From contig CAVWFS010000007.1 in the NCBI GenBank assembly GCA_963754315.1, positions 192,001-256,000 on the forward strand: 64,000 nt of DNA, given 5' to 3'. Origin of the DNA: an uncultured Candidatus Rokubacteria bacterium (GTDB lineage: Bacteria; Methylomirabilota; Methylomirabilia; Rokubacteriales; CSP1-6). The translations under genes were made by a program, and so were the position numbers. Positions 1-11,040 of the stretch are shown piece by piece. Position 1 is the stretch's first letter. Each line of letters begins with the position of its first letter. The notes under the pieces were generated by a model, which saw only the letters and a program-made list of their open reading frames with translations, was not told the origin of the DNA and did no database searches.

Positions 1-80
1 CGCACGAGGTAGATCAGGGCCAGAGACGTGGCGCAAATGTAGCCAATCAGTGCAATCGTGAAGACTGTTGAGGACGTCAT
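1..80 (-). CDS. 5' end of a membrane protein running off the window (possibly CcsA/HemX cytochrome c assembly family)
   Basis: ATG at 80 reads MTSSTVFTIALIGYICATSLALIYLV, a hydrophobic helix; only 26 codons visible. Confidence 0.4.
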   Translation of the reverse strand, partial: MTSSTVFTIALIGYICATSLALIYLV

Positions 81-164
81 CGCAGACTTAGTGCAAAGTT
101 TACTACAATCCAGACCGGGTTTGACTCCTTGCCCCGTTGCCGCAAGCGGATGATCGCTCCCCGG

Positions 165-962
165 CTATCGCGGATAGAGGACGCGCATCAGGATGAGTCC
201 GTGAGCAGGCGCGGTGGGAGCGGCGAGGGTTCGATCACCACCCCGCAGTACGGCACCGAGCCAAGCCGGATCATGAGAACCCCTCCCTATCGCCACGACG
301 CTCCCGACGATGTTCCGCACCATGTGGTGCAGGAACCGATCAGCCGAGATGACGAACCAGAGCCGGTCGCGCCGCCTCACCACGTGAGTGGTCCGGATGG
401 TGCACATTGGGAGCGCGCCGCGCCCCGGTGCCGCGCAGAACGCGCTGAAATCGTGGCAACCCCGCAGGGTCGCGATCGCCTGTCGCATGGCGTCTACGTC
501 AAGCCTCTGTGGCACGTGCCAGGCGAAGCGTCGCAGGAACGGGTGGGCCACGGCCTGGCAGTCGACCAGGTATACGTAGCGTTTGCATGTCGCCTCCCGG
601 CGCGCGTCAAAGCCCGGGCGCGCCTCGGCCGCGCTCAGCACGCGGATATCGGCGGGAATGGTGGCGTTGAGGGCGCGTCCAACTGCGGTCGGGGACAAGG
701 TGGTGGTGGTGGCCAGCGAGGCGACCTGCCCGAGGGCATGAACGCCGGCATCGGTACGACTCGCGCCTGTGAGGCGGGCGTTCGGATCGAGGGCCCGCGC
801 AGCACGAGTGAGGATCCCCTGCACGGTGGGCGCGTCCGGCTGCGTCTGCCAGCCGCAGTAGGCCGTGCCGTCATAGGCCACCACCAGCCGAAAGGTGCGC
901 TGGCGATCTTCCCCCTCCGCGTTCACTCCTCCCGGGCTTATGTGTGGCTGAGCGGGCGCCAC
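165..962 (-). CDS. truA: tRNA pseudouridine(38-40) synthase
   Basis: YDGTAYCGWQ, ASRTDAGVHALGQV, FLHHMVRNIVG, APTAPAHGL motifs. Confidence 0.97.
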   Translation of the reverse strand: MAPAQPHISPGGVNAEGEDRQRTFRLVVAYDGTAYCGWQTQPDAPTVQGILTRAARALDPNARLTGASRTDAGVHALGQVASLATTTTLSPTAVGRALNATIPADIRVLSAAEARPGFDARREATCKRYVYLVDCQAVAHPFLRRFAWHVPQRLDVDAMRQAIATLRGCHDFSAFCAAPGRGALPMCTIRTTHVVRRRDRLWFVISADRFLHHMVRNIVGSVVAIGRGSHDPAWLGAVLRGGDRTLAAPTAPAHGLILMRVLYPR

Positions 963-970
963 CGGCGCCG

Positions 971-1979
971 CTAGGCCGGGAGCAGCAGCTCGGCGATCTG
1001 CACCGCGTTGGTGGCCGCGCCCTTGCGCAGCTGGTCGCCGACCACCCAGAAGTTGATGGCGCGCGGGTGGGAGAGGTCCTCGCGGATGCGCCCCACGTAG
1101 CAGTCGTCCTGGCCCTCCACCACCACCGGCATCGGGTAGCGCTGTTCAGCCGGCTCGTCCCATACTCTGAGCCCCGGGAAGCGCTCGAACAGTCGACGGG
1201 CATCGGCAGCGCCGATCGCTTCCGCTGTCTCCGCGTTGACGGCGACGGAGTGACAGGTGAAGACGGGAACGCGGACGGTGGTCGGAGCGATCGGGAGATC
1301 CGGGAGTCGCGAGAATCTTGCGGGTCTCGTTGATGAGCTTCAATTCCTCACCCGTATATCCATCGGGGCCGAAGGTATCGATGTGCGGGATGAGATTGAA
1401 GGCGATCTGATGGCGGAAGTGCGTGGGCACCATGGCGTGCCCACGGGCCCAGGCCTGGGTCTGCTGGCGCAGATCCTCGATCCCGTTGACTCCCGCGCCC
1501 GAGACCGACTGAAAGCTCGTGGCCACCACCCGGCGCAGCCGGCCGGCGTCGTGCAGGGGCTTGAGCGGCATGACGGTGATGATGGTGGTGCAGTTCGGGC
1601 TCGCGATGATGCCCCGGTGGGTTTTCACCGTGCTCGCGTTGATTTCGGGCACCACCAGCGGCACCGTCGGGTCCATCCGGAACGCGTTGGACTTGTCAAC
1701 GACCACCGCCCCCGCCTGCACCATCATCGGCACGTACTGCCTCGACTGCGCCGAGCCCGCCGAGCAGATGACGATCTCCACACCCTTGAAGGCGGACGCC
1801 TCGATGGCCCTCACGGGAATGGCCTCACCCCGGAAGGTTACCGTTTTGCCCACCGAGCGCGGCGACGCGAACGCACGCAGCTCGCGCACGGGAAACTTCC
1901 GTTCTTCCAGGATCCGCAACGTGGTCTGACCCGCGGCGCCCGTCGCGCCCACTACCGCCACTGTCACTCCGGATGTCAT
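971..1979 (-). CDS. asd: Aspartate-semialdehyde dehydrogenase, frameshifted at ~1300
   Basis: VAVVGATGAAG and SPNCTT in one frame; C-terminus (VRVPVF..HS, DQLRKGAATNAVQIAE) in another frame, ending at TAG 971-973. Confidence 0.93.
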
Positions 1980-3064
1980 CAGAACTGGGCCTCCACTTCC
2001 CGGACGATGAGGTCGCCCATCGCCTTGGTTCCCACTGCCTTGCCCCCCGCTTCCACGATGTCGGCCGTGCGGTATCCCTGTTCGAGCACCCGCCGTACGG
2101 CCTGCTCCACCTTGCCCGCCGCCTCCACCAGGTTGAGCGAGTACCGGAGGAGCATGGCGCTGGACAGAATGGCCGCGATCGGATTGGCCACCCCCCGCCC
2201 CGCGATGTCGGGAGCCGTTCCGTGCACCGGCTCGTACAAGCCTACCCTGCCACCGAGGGATGCCGACGGCAACATTCCCATGGAGCCCGCCAGGATGGCC
2301 GCCTCGTCGGAAAGGATGTCTCCGAAGGTGTTCTCCGTCACGATCGTGTCGAACTGTGTGGGTCGGTGCACGAGGGCCATGGCGCAGTTGTCGACGAGGA
2401 CGTGTTCGAGGATGACGTCCGGGTACTCCTTGCTGACCCGCGAGACTACCTCGCGCCAGAGCTGCGACACCACCAGCACGTTGGCCTTGTCCACCGACGC
2501 CACGCGCTTGCGTCGCTTGCGGGCGACCTCGAAGGCCACCCGGGCCACGCGCTCGATCTCGCCGGACGTGTAGGTCATGGTGTTGACGGCGCGTGCGCTC
2601 CCGTCCGCGAATGTCTCCACCCCTCGCGGTTCGCCGAAGTAGAGACCGCCCGTCAGTTCGCGGATGACCATGAGGTCCGTGCCTTCCACGACCGAGCGCT
2701 TGAGTGGCGAGGCGTCGATGAGCATGGGAAAGCACGTAGCCGGGCGCAGGTTGGCGTAAAGATCGAGCTCCTTGCGTAGCCCCAACAAGCCGCGCTCGGG
2801 CCGCCGCTCGTGGGGCGCATCATCCCAGCGCGGACCTCCGACCGCCCCGAAGAGGATGGCCTGGGCCTGCTGGCAGAGCGCGAGCGTGGCGGGGGGCAAC
2901 GGATCGCCTGTTGTGTCGATGGCGGCGCCGCCGCACAGCGCGTGTTCGAACTCGAAATGCTCCCCCGTACCCTTCGCCACTGCCTGCAGCACCCGTATGG
3001 CTTCGGGAATAACCTCCTGCCCGATCCCATCTCCGGGCAGGACTGCGATCTTATGAGTGGCCAT
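1979..3064 (-). CDS. leuB: 3-isopropylmalate dehydrogenase
   Basis: [44 protein letters not shown]. Confidence 0.97.
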   Translation of the reverse strand: MATHKIAVLPGDGIGQEVIPEAIRVLQAVAKGTGEHFEFEHALCGGAAIDTTGDPLPPATLALCQQAQAILFGAVGGPRWDDAPHERRPERGLLGLRKELDLYANLRPATCFPMLIDASPLKRSVVEGTDLMVIRELTGGLYFGEPRGVETFADGSARAVNTMTYTSGEIERVARVAFEVARKRRKRVASVDKANVLVVSQLWREVVSRVSKEYPDVILEHVLVDNCAMALVHRPTQFDTIVTENTFGDILSDEAAILAGSMGMLPSASLGGRVGLYEPVHGTAPDIAGRGVANPIAAILSSAMLLRYSLNLVEAAGKVEQAVRRVLEQGYRTADIVEAGGKAVGTKAMGDLIVREVEAQF

Positions 3065-3111
3065 ACCTGACGCCTCCGATCAATTTCGGTCGTCCCATCG
3101 CGTACGGGCCG

Positions 3112-3924
3112 TCAGGGGGCCGCCCGTCCTCCATCCGCCTCGCGCGCGAGCTCGGTGGGAGTGGCCACCGCGGGGGCACGTCCGCCGACCACGCGATAGA
3201 CCGGTCCCGAGAGGGCGTAGCCCATGAAGAGCAAGAAGGGGAAGATCTCATGGTTCGTGGCGACTACCATCACCCCGAGGACCACCACCAGCAAGGTCTG
3301 GAGAGGGCGCCGGCGAGCAAAATCGACTTCCTTGAAGCTCCAGTACCGAAAGGTAGAAACCATGAGAAGCGCGGCAATGTAGGTGCCGACGGTGATGGTG
3401 ATGAGGATCCAGCGGGTCAACTCCACGCCCTGCAGCATGATGACGCTGCTCACGGCGAGACCGGCGGCAGCCGGTGTTGGCAATCCCACGAAGAACCGCT
3501 TGTCCACTGAAGCGGTCTGCACGTTGAAGCGCGCCAGGCGGAGCGCGCCGCAGATGACGAAGAGGGCCGCCCCGAACCAGGCCGCCCGGGGGAGTGCGAA
3601 CAGGGCGAAGCAGTACAGGATGAACGCCGGCGCCACACAGAAGGAGACGACGTCGGCGAGCGAATCGAATTCCACACCGAACTGGCTGGTGGCCTTCATG
3701 AGCCGAGCCACCCGGCCATCCAGCATGTCCATGATAATCGCCACGAAGATGGCCAGAGCCGCTTCCGTGTACCGATGGTCCACCGCGAGGAGCAACGCGT
3801 AGAAGCCACAGAAGAGGTTGGCGATGGTAAGCAGAGCGGGCAGCAGGAACACCCCCCGCCCGCGCTTGTCACGGATCTCCTGCCAGCGTCGCCGACGGAA
3901 CGACTTTCCCGAGCGGCGCATCAT
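3112..3924 (-). CDS. pssA: CDP-diacylglycerol--serine O-phosphatidyltransferase
   Basis: DMLDGRVAR..FGVEFDSLAD CDP-alcohol phosphotransferase motif; ATG overlaps psd stop. Confidence 0.93.
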   Translation of the reverse strand: MMRRSGKSFRRRRWQEIRDKRGRGVFLLPALLTIANLFCGFYALLLAVDHRYTEAALAIFVAIIMDMLDGRVARLMKATSQFGVEFDSLADVVSFCVAPAFILYCFALFALPRAAWFGAALFVICGALRLARFNVQTASVDKRFFVGLPTPAAAGLAVSSVIMLQGVELTRWILITITVGTYIAALLMVSTFRYWSFKEVDFARRRPLQTLLVVVLGVMVVATNHEIFPFLLFMGYALSGPVYRVVGGRAPAVATPTELAREADGGRAAP

Positions 3925-4550
3925 GCGCGCATGCCGATCACGGTCTCGCCACCCGCCACACGGTCGCCTGGTTGTACCAGGACCTGTGTTCCGCGCGGCA
4001 TGTAGCAGTCGGTCCGCGATCCGAACCGGATGATCCCAAATCGCTCTCCGGCCTCGAGCTTGTCGCCCGCTCCGACTCGGCACACGACCCGCCGAGCGGC
4101 GACCCCCGCGATCTGCACCACGGTGATCCGGATCCCCGTTCCCTCGATGTGAACGGCGCAACGCTCGTTCACCTCGCCGGCCTCCGGGCGATAGGCGGGC
4201 AGGAAGCGTCCGGAGGTATAGACAGTGCCCACCACGAGGCCCGGGATAGGCGAACGGGTGACGTGGACGTCGAAGGGCGAGAGAAAGATGGACACGCGGG
4301 CGGCCGGACCCACGAAGGAATCTTCTTGCTCGTCAACGATGGTGACTCTCCCATCGGCGGGCGCGATCACGCCGTGCGGCGAGACCGGGGTGACCCGCTC
4401 GGGGTCTCGGAAGAAGCCGAGCGATGCCAGGGAGGCTGCGGCGAAGGGCAGCGCCAACCGCGACCGTCCCCGGAGGGTCAGCAGCGCGGCCATGACACCG
4501 GGCAGCAGCACGAACGGCCAGCCCTCGCGCGCGACGGGAAGCTTCCTCAC
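3921..4550 (-). CDS. psd: Phosphatidylserine decarboxylase proenzyme
   Basis: FFRDPER, APADG, SIFLSPFDVH, FGSR cleavage motif. Confidence 0.94.
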   Translation of the reverse strand: MRKLPVAREGWPFVLLPGVMAALLTLRGRSRLALPFAAASLASLGFFRDPERVTPVSPHGVIAPADGRVTIVDEQEDSFVGPAARVSIFLSPFDVHVTRSPIPGLVVGTVYTSGRFLPAYRPEAGEVNERCAVHIEGTGIRITVVQIAGVAARRVVCRVGAGDKLEAGERFGIIRFGSRTDCYMPRGTQVLVQPGDRVAGGETVIGMRA

Positions 4551-4562
4551 TTGATTTCTCTC

Positions 4563-5567
4563 CTACATCCGCGGCGGCTTGATCCAGGACATCATGGCGC
4601 GCAGCCGCTTGCCCACCTCTTCAATCTGATGATCCGCGTCCCGCCGCCGCATGGCCAGGAATCCGGCGCGGTTCGCCTGATTCTCCAGCACCCATTCCCG
4701 GGCGAACTGACCAGACTGGATCTCGGCGAGGATCTTCTTCATCTCGGCCTTGGTCTCATCGCTGACCACGCGGGGCCCGCGCGTATAGTCGCCGTACTCC
4801 GCGGTGTCGGAGACGGAGTAGCGCATGTAGGCAAGACCGCCTTGATAGAAGAGGTCCACGATGAGCTTCATCTCGTGCATGCACTCGAAGTACGCCACCT
4901 CGGGCTGATAGCCGGCCTCGACCAGGGTCTCGAAGGCCGCCTTGATGAGATGGGAGACACCTCCGCACAGGGTCGTCTGCTCTCCGAAGAGATCGGTCTC
5001 TGTCTCTTCCTTGAACGTGGTCTCGATGACGCCGGCCCGTGTGCAGCCGACTCCGCGGCCATAGGCCAGGGCCACATCCCGGGCCTTGCCCGAGACGTCC
5101 TGGTGGATGGCCACCAGTGCCGGCACCCCCGGGCCCTGGGTGAACAGATCCCGCATGACGTGCCCGGGGGCCTTGGGCGCGATCATGCTGACGTCCACGT
5201 CAGGGGGCGGGACCACCTGGTTGAAATGGATGTTGAACCCGTGGGCGAACATCACCATCTTGCCCTTGCCGAGGCCACCCTTGATCTCGCGTTCGAAGAC
5301 CTCCCGCTGGCTCTGGTCGGGCAGCAGGATCATGATGATGTTCGCCATCTGGGCGGCCTCGTTCACGGTGGCCACCTTGAGCCCGTCCCCTTCCGCCTTG
5401 CTCCAGCTCTTCGAGCCCTTGTAGAGCCCGACCACCACGTCCTGACCTGAATCCTTGAGGTTGAGGGCATGGGCGTGGCCCTGGCTCCCGTACCCGATGA
5501 TGGCGATCTTCTTGCCCTTGAGCAGGCCGAGATCGGCGTCCTGGTCATAGTAGATTTTTGCCGGCAT
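4563..5567 (-). CDS. ilvC: Ketol-acid reductoisomerase
   Basis: [29 protein letters not shown]. Confidence 0.98.
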   Translation of the reverse strand: MPAKIYYDQDADLGLLKGKKIAIIGYGSQGHAHALNLKDSGQDVVVGLYKGSKSWSKAEGDGLKVATVNEAAQMANIIMILLPDQSQREVFEREIKGGLGKGKMVMFAHGFNIHFNQVVPPPDVDVSMIAPKAPGHVMRDLFTQGPGVPALVAIHQDVSGKARDVALAYGRGVGCTRAGVIETTFKEETETDLFGEQTTLCGGVSHLIKAAFETLVEAGYQPEVAYFECMHEMKLIVDLFYQGGLAYMRYSVSDTAEYGDYTRGPRVVSDETKAEMKKILAEIQSGQFAREWVLENQANRAGFLAMRRRDADHQIEEVGKRLRAMMSWIKPPRM

Positions 5568-5588
5568 CAGTGTCGGTCCTTTCTGCCT

Positions 5589-6164
5589 CTAGTCGGCGAA
5601 TCCAACCACGCGCGGGTCGTCGGGCACCCGGGGGCGCTTGGGCCCCTCGCTCCGGCGCATCCGCGTCTTGGGGCCGCGGGCGATGGCCACTTTTCCGGTG
5701 CGGACGATCTCCTGGATGCCCATGGGGCGCAACAGCTCGATGAAGGCCTCGAGCTTGTCCTCGTTGCCGGTGGCCTCCAGGATGAAGCTCTGGGGGGTGA
5801 CGTCGACGACCTTGGCCCGGAAGATGTCCACCGTTCTCAAGATCTCGGCCCGGTGCTGAGGCTCGGCGTTCACTCGAATGAGCACCAGCTCCCGCTCCAC
5901 TCGGCTCTCGTCGGTGAGGTCGGTCACCTTGATGACATCGATGAGCTTGTAGAGCTGCTTCATGACCTGCTCGATGACGAACTCGTCCCCCCGCACGACC
6001 ATGGTCATTCGGGACACGCTCGGATCGAGGGTCTCGCCCACCGACAGGCTCTCGATGTTGTAGCCGCGGGCCGAGAACAGTCCTGCCACCCGGGAGAGCA
6101 CGCCAAACTTGTTCTCCACGAGGACGGCCACGGTGTGCTTGCGGGGTTCGGTGCCGTTCTGCAT
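5589..6164 (-). CDS. ilvN: Acetolactate synthase regulatory subunit
   Basis: ACT domain [26 protein letters not shown]. Confidence 0.97.
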   Translation of the reverse strand: MQNGTEPRKHTVAVLVENKFGVLSRVAGLFSARGYNIESLSVGETLDPSVSRMTMVVRGDEFVIEQVMKQLYKLIDVIKVTDLTDESRVERELVLIRVNAEPQHRAEILRTVDIFRAKVVDVTPQSFILEATGNEDKLEAFIELLRPMGIQEIVRTGKVAIARGPKTRMRRSEGPKRPRVPDDPRVVGFAD

Positions 6165-7918
6165 CAGAATCCCGTTTGCGACTTGGCCGCCTTCTCACGC
6201 ACCTCGCGGGTGGGCGCCGTCAAGATCATGTCGGTGTTGGCGCCCCCGGCCGGGACCATGGGGAAGACGCACTCGTCCTTGTCCACGCACACATCGAGGA
6301 CGACCGGAGCCGGGGTCGCGATCATCTTCTCGAGGGCGGGCACGACCTCGCTCGGCTTGCTCACCCGGATGCCCACGCACCCGTACGCCTCCGCCAGCTT
6401 GACCCAGTCCGGAATCCCCGGCAGATCGATGGCGCAGTAGCGTTCCTTGTAGATGATCCGCTGCCACTGCCGGACCATGCCATGGCCGCTGTTGTTGATG
6501 ATCACCGTCTTGACGGGCAAGCCCTCCACGAAGCAGGTGGCCAGCTCCTGGCTGTTCATGGCGAAGGAGCCGTCCCCGTCGACGTTGACGACGAGCTGTC
6601 CCGGATGGGCCGCCTGGACGCCCATGGCGGTAGGCAACCCGTAGCCCATGGTCCCGAGCCCCCCTGAAGTGCACCAGCGGCGCGGGTGCTTGAACCGATA
6701 GTACTGGGCAGCCCACATCTGATGCTGTCCGACCCCCGTCACCATGAAGGCCTCCCCGTTGGTGACGTTGGACAACTCTTGAATGACGTACTGAGGCTTG
6801 ATGACGTCGTCGCTCCAGTCATAGCGGAACGGGTAGTCGCGCTTCCACTCGGCAATCTGGGCCGCCCACTGTCGTCGTCCCTCTGTCACCGCCGGCGGCA
6901 GGTCCTCGCGGAGCTCCTCGCGCACGGCCTCCACCAGCTTGGCCAGCACGCGCTTGCAATCCCCCACGATGGGGACGTGCACCTGGATGTTCTTCGAGAT
7001 CGACGAGGGATCGATGTCGACGTGGATGATCTCGGCATGGGGTGAGAAGGCGTCTACCCGTCCCGTCACGCGGTCGTCGAACCGTGCCCCGATCGCCACC
7101 AGACAGTCCGCATGATGGACAGCCATGTTGGCGTAATAGGCCCCGTGCATCCCCAGCATGTCCAGGGAGAGCGGGTGTGCCATGGGAAAGGCCCCCAAGC
7201 CCATGAGCGTCTGGGTGAGCGGCGCCTGGGTGAGCTCCGCCAGCTCAAGCAGCTCGGGCGAGGCGTCCGAAGAGATCACGCCGCCGCCCACGTACAGCAC
7301 CGGCCGCTTGGCCCGCACCAAGGTGCGGGCGGCCTTCTTGATCTGACCGGGGTGACCCTCGTAGGTCGGATTGTACGAGCGCAGATGCGCGCTGTCGGGG
7401 TAGCTGAAGGGCCACTCCTTGACCAGGACGTCCTTCGGGAGGTCTACGTGAACGGGACCGGGGCGACCGGTCGACGCGATATGAAACGCCTCCTTGATGA
7501 TGGGGGCGAGGTCTCGCCCGTCCTTGACCAGGTAGTTGTGCTTGGTGGCCGACCGGGTAATGCCGACGTTGTCGGCTTCCTGGAAGGCGTCGTTGCCGAT
7601 CAGATGGGTCGGTACCTGTCCCGTGAAGGCGACGATGGGAATGGAGTCCATGAGGGCGTCCTGGAGCGCCGTCACGAGATTCGTGGCGGCTGGGCCCGAG
7701 GTGACCAGGCACACTCCCACCTTCCCGGTGGTCCGCGCGTAGCCCTCGGCGGCGTGTCCGGCCGCTGCTTCCTGACGCACCAGGATGTGACGCAGCCCTT
7801 CGAAGTCGTACAGCGCGTCGTAGATCGGCAGCACGGCGCCGCCCGGCAAGCCGAAGATCACCTCGACGCCCTCACGTTTCAGGCACTCGAGCACAATCAG
7901 TGCACCCGACATCTTCAC
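6164..7918 (-). CDS. ilvB: Acetolactate synthase large subunit
   Basis: [40 protein letters not shown] motif. Confidence 0.98.
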   Translation of the reverse strand: MKMSGALIVLECLKREGVEVIFGLPGGAVLPIYDALYDFEGLRHILVRQEAAAGHAAEGYARTTGKVGVCLVTSGPAATNLVTALQDALMDSIPIVAFTGQVPTHLIGNDAFQEADNVGITRSATKHNYLVKDGRDLAPIIKEAFHIASTGRPGPVHVDLPKDVLVKEWPFSYPDSAHLRSYNPTYEGHPGQIKKAARTLVRAKRPVLYVGGGVISSDASPELLELAELTQAPLTQTLMGLGAFPMAHPLSLDMLGMHGAYYANMAVHHADCLVAIGARFDDRVTGRVDAFSPHAEIIHVDIDPSSISKNIQVHVPIVGDCKRVLAKLVEAVREELREDLPPAVTEGRRQWAAQIAEWKRDYPFRYDWSDDVIKPQYVIQELSNVTNGEAFMVTGVGQHQMWAAQYYRFKHPRRWCTSGGLGTMGYGLPTAMGVQAAHPGQLVVNVDGDGSFAMNSQELATCFVEGLPVKTVIINNSGHGMVRQWQRIIYKERYCAIDLPGIPDWVKLAEAYGCVGIRVSKPSEVVPALEKMIATPAPVVLDVCVDKDECVFPMVPAGGANTDMILTAPTREVREKAAKSQTGF

Positions 7919-7936
7919 GGCATGAACCTCCGCGTG

Positions 7937-8014
7937 TTAGAGCAAGCCGGCCGTGGCCCGCAGTTCCTTGATGTCCTCGATGGCATCCCTCCAGCGGCGC
8001 TCCCAATCAGCCAC
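7937..8014 (-). CDS. Putative 25-aa small protein MADWERRWRDAIEDIKELRATAGLL
   Basis: GTG start 8 nt after GGAGG, overlaps ppdK stop, GC-rich third positions, TAA at 7937-7939; too short for the ORF track. Confidence 0.5.
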   Translation of the reverse strand: MADWERRWRDAIEDIKELRATAGLL

Positions 8015-10697
8015 GGCTGCCCCCTCCCACCGCGTCGCGCTCCTTGATGCGAGCCTGCGCGGCCGACAGCCGCGCGATGGGGATCATGAAGGGTGAGCAC
8101 GACACGTAACTCATGCGCACGCGATGACAGAACTCCACCGAGGAGGGTTCCCCTCCGTGCTCGCCACAGATGCCGATCTTCAGATCGGCCCGGACCCGAC
8201 GTCCGCGCTCGATGCCGATGCGGATCAGCTCCCCCACCCCTTCCTGGTCGAGGACGGAGAACGGGTCGTTCGTCAAGAGTCCCTTGTCGAGGTAGTGGGG
8301 TAGGAACTTGCCCACGTCGTCCCGGCTGTAGCCGTACGTCATCTGGGTGAGGTCGTTCGTTCCGAAGGAGAAGAACTCCGCGTAGTGGGCCAACTGGTCG
8401 GCGATGAGGGCAGCGCGGGGGACCTCGATCATGGTGCCGATCAGATACTTCACCGGGACCCCCAGCTCCGCCATAACCCCGTCCGCCACCTTCTTCGTTG
8501 TTTCGAAGGTGAGCTTCATCTCCCCCACCGTTCCCGTGAGGGGGATCATGATCTCGGGCTCGACCTTCACCCCTTGCTCGGCCACCATGCAGGCGGCCTC
8601 CACGATGGCCCGAACCTGCATCCCGTAGATCTCGGGGAAGGTGATGCCGAGCCGGCAGCCGCGGTGCCCCAGCATGGGGTTGGCTTCCTGGAGCGAGCGT
8701 ACCTTGGCCATCACCTCTTCGAGCTTCTCCCGGGCTGGCGTGATGCCGCGCGCGTCGAGGCGCGCGTGTTCCTCCACCAGGTCCGTGTATTTCGGCAGGA
8801 ACTCGTGGAGGGGGGGATCGAGCAGACGAATGGTGACGGGCAGGCCGTCCATCGCCCGGAAGATGCCGATGAAATCCTCGCGTTGGAAGGGCAGGAGCTT
8901 GGCCACCGCCGCCCGCCGCGAGGCGGAATCGCTCGCCATGATCATCTCCCGCACGAGAGGAATGCGGTCGTTGGCGAAGAACATGTGCTCAGTCCGGACG
9001 AGCCCGATGCCCTCTGCCCCGAACTCGCGAGCCTTGCGGGCGTCATCGGGGGTGTCGGCGTTCGCGCGCACGCCGATCACGCGAGTGGTGTCGGCCCATC
9101 CCAGAAACTCCTGCACCTCGGGGGAGAGTTCGGGCGGCAAGAGCTTGACGGCGTCGAGCAAGACCTCGCCCGTGTCGCCGTCGAGGGCGATGATGTCACC
9201 CTCGCGCACGATGCGACCCGCCGCCTCGAAGGCATGCCTGTCCTCGTCGACCACGATGTCTCCGGCGCCTACCACGCACGACTTGCCCATGCCGACGGCC
9301 ACGACCGCCGCATGCGACGTACGTCCACCGCGAGCAGTGACAATGCCCTCGGCCGCGTACATCCCCGCGACGTCCTCGGGTGAGGTCTCGGGGCGGACGA
9401 GAATCACTTGCTGTCCGTCCTTGGCCCGCTCGACGGCCCGATCGGCATCGAAGACCACGTGGCCCACGGCCCCCCCGGGCGAGGCTGGGAGACCGCGAGC
9501 GAGCAAGCGGCCCTCGGCGAGGGCGCGCGCCTTGTCGTTCGGGTCGAGGGCAGGAAGGAACAGCTTGCCCAGCTCGCGTGAGGTCACCCGCAGGAGCGCC
9601 ATGTCCCGGTCGATCACGTGCTCGCGGACGAGATCCACCGCCACCCGAACGGCGGCACGCGCTGACCGTTTGCCTGCCCGCGTTTGCAGGAGGTAGAGCT
9701 TCGCCTCCTGAATGGTGAACTCGATATCCTGCATGTCCTTGTAGTGACGCTCTAGCCGGTCGGCGATGCCGAGCAGCTCGTCGTACACGGCTGGCATGCG
9801 GCGCTGGAGCCCGTCGATGTGCTCGGGCGTTCGGATGCCCGCCACCACATCTTCGCCCTGTGCGTTGGCCAAGAACTCGGCGTAGAAGTGCCGGTCGCCA
9901 GTGCGGGGGTCGCGAGTGAAGCCGACCCCCGTCCCCGACGTCTCGCCGAGATTCCCGAACACCATCGCCATGACGGTGACAGCCGTGCCCCAGTCGGCCG
10001 GGATCCCGTTGATGCGCCGGTATTCGATCGCTTTCTTCGCGAACCACGACTCGAAGACGGCGTTGATGGCCAGCCGGAGCTGCTCACGTGGGTCCTGTGG
10101 GAAGGGTGCGCCCGTCCGTTCTGCCACCAGATCCTTGTAGGTCTCGGCCAGCTTTCGCAACTCCTCGGCCGGTACGTCGGGATCGTTCGCTACGCCAAGG
10201 CGCCGTTTGACCGCCGATAGGGGTTCCTCGAACATGTCACGCTTGAGGTGGAGGACGACGTTGCCGTACATCGTGATGAAGCGTCGGTAGCAATCCCAGG
10301 CGAAGCGCTCGTTGCGGGTACGTGCGGCCAGTCCTTCCACGGTCCGATCGTTGAGACCGAGGTTGAGCACGGTCTCCATCATGCCCGGCATGGAGACACG
10401 CGCCCCGGAACGGACGGAGACGAGCAAGGGACGGTCGGGGTCACCGAAGCGCGCACTTGCGCTCGACTCGAGCTTCCCGAGGCTCTGGAGGACCTCCTCC
10501 CACAGGCCGTCCGGCTGCCGCTGGCCATCGCGGTTGTAGGCTACCCAGGCCTCGGTGGTGATCGTGAAGCCGGGCGGAACGGTGATGCCGAGATTGGTCA
10601 TCTCGGCCAGCTCACAGCCTTTGCCCCCCAGCAGATTGCGCATCAACGATGAGCCCTCGGCCTTGCCACCCCCAAAGGAATACACGAACTTGGTCAT
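8007..10697 (-). CDS. ppdK: Pyruvate, phosphate dikinase
   Basis: LLGGKG, SVRSGA.VSMPGMM, GGRTSHAAVVA phospho-His, SFGTNDLTQ, GICGEHGG; likely start MTKFVY at 10697. Confidence 0.98.
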   Translation of the reverse strand: MTKFVYSFGGGKAEGSSLMRNLLGGKGCELAEMTNLGITVPPGFTITTEAWVAYNRDGQRQPDGLWEEVLQSLGKLESSASARFGDPDRPLLVSVRSGARVSMPGMMETVLNLGLNDRTVEGLAARTRNERFAWDCYRRFITMYGNVVLHLKRDMFEEPLSAVKRRLGVANDPDVPAEELRKLAETYKDLVAERTGAPFPQDPREQLRLAINAVFESWFAKKAIEYRRINGIPADWGTAVTVMAMVFGNLGETSGTGVGFTRDPRTGDRHFYAEFLANAQGEDVVAGIRTPEHIDGLQRRMPAVYDELLGIADRLERHYKDMQDIEFTIQEAKLYLLQTRAGKRSARAAVRVAVDLVREHVIDRDMALLRVTSRELGKLFLPALDPNDKARALAEGRLLARGLPASPGGAVGHVVFDADRAVERAKDGQQVILVRPETSPEDVAGMYAAEGIVTARGGRTSHAAVVAVGMGKSCVVGAGDIVVDEDRHAFEAAGRIVREGDIIALDGDTGEVLLDAVKLLPPELSPEVQEFLGWADTTRVIGVRANADTPDDARKAREFGAEGIGLVRTEHMFFANDRIPLVREMIMASDSASRRAAVAKLLPFQREDFIGIFRAMDGLPVTIRLLDPPLHEFLPKYTDLVEEHARLDARGITPAREKLEEVMAKVRSLQEANPMLGHRGCRLGITFPEIYGMQVRAIVEAACMVAEQGVKVEPEIMIPLTGTVGEMKLTFETTKKVADGVMAELGVPVKYLIGTMIEVPRAALIADQLAHYAEFFSFGTNDLTQMTYGYSRDDVGKFLPHYLDKGLLTNDPFSVLDQEGVGELIRIGIERGRRVRADLKIGICGEHGGEPSSVEFCHRVRMSYVSCSPFMIPIARLSAAQARIKERDAVGGGSRG

Positions 10698-10747
10698 GGG
10701 TGTGTCTCTCCGTCTCCGATCCGTGCCAGGGAGAAAAAAGTCTTTGG

Positions 10748-10777
10748 ATTCTAGCGGATGGAGAGCACTACTGTCAA
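10748..10777 (-). promoter_or_regulatory. Sigma70-type promoter directly upstream of ppdK
   Basis: TTGACA (10777-10772), 18-nt spacer, TAGAAT (10753-10748). Confidence 0.7.
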
Positions 10778-10853
10778 CACTCTCACGACGTCCGTCCGCC
10801 ATCTGCCCGTCACTCCATGCCCAAGCCGCGTTAAGAAATGTCCATGCTGCGTC

Positions 10854-10891
10854 AAAAAACAAAGGGCCACGGTTCGAAGCCCGTGGCCCTT
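10854..10891 (-). terminator. Intrinsic terminator of the attenuator
   Basis: AAGGGCCACGG-gcttcgaa-CCGTGGCCCTT stem running into TTTGTTTTTT on the minus strand. Confidence 0.9.
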
Positions 10892-10945
10892 CCTATCCTC
10901 GATTGCGCCACGGGCCTGGTTCCTGCCCGCAGCACCCGGCGTCGA

Positions 10946-11032
10946 CTAAGCCGCCGTTGCTCCGGGCAGGCCCGGCAGCGCCAGGGTAATTACTCCCAGC
11001 GACACCACGCGCGACGCTAACGACGCCTTCAT
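10946..11032 (-). CDS. ilv-type attenuator leader peptide, 28 aa: MKASLASRVVSLGVITLALPGLPGATAA
   Basis: Cluster of Val/Ile/Leu codons, followed by an antiterminator and terminator, upstream of the ilv/leu operon. Confidence 0.8.
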   Translation of the reverse strand: MKASLASRVVSLGVITLALPGLPGATAA

Positions 11033-11040
11033 TGTTCGAG

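Noticed and set aside
89..108. Rex operator TAGTGCAAAGTTTACTA
   Set aside because: Spacing is one base short and several positions mismatch TTGTGAA-N4-TTCACAA.
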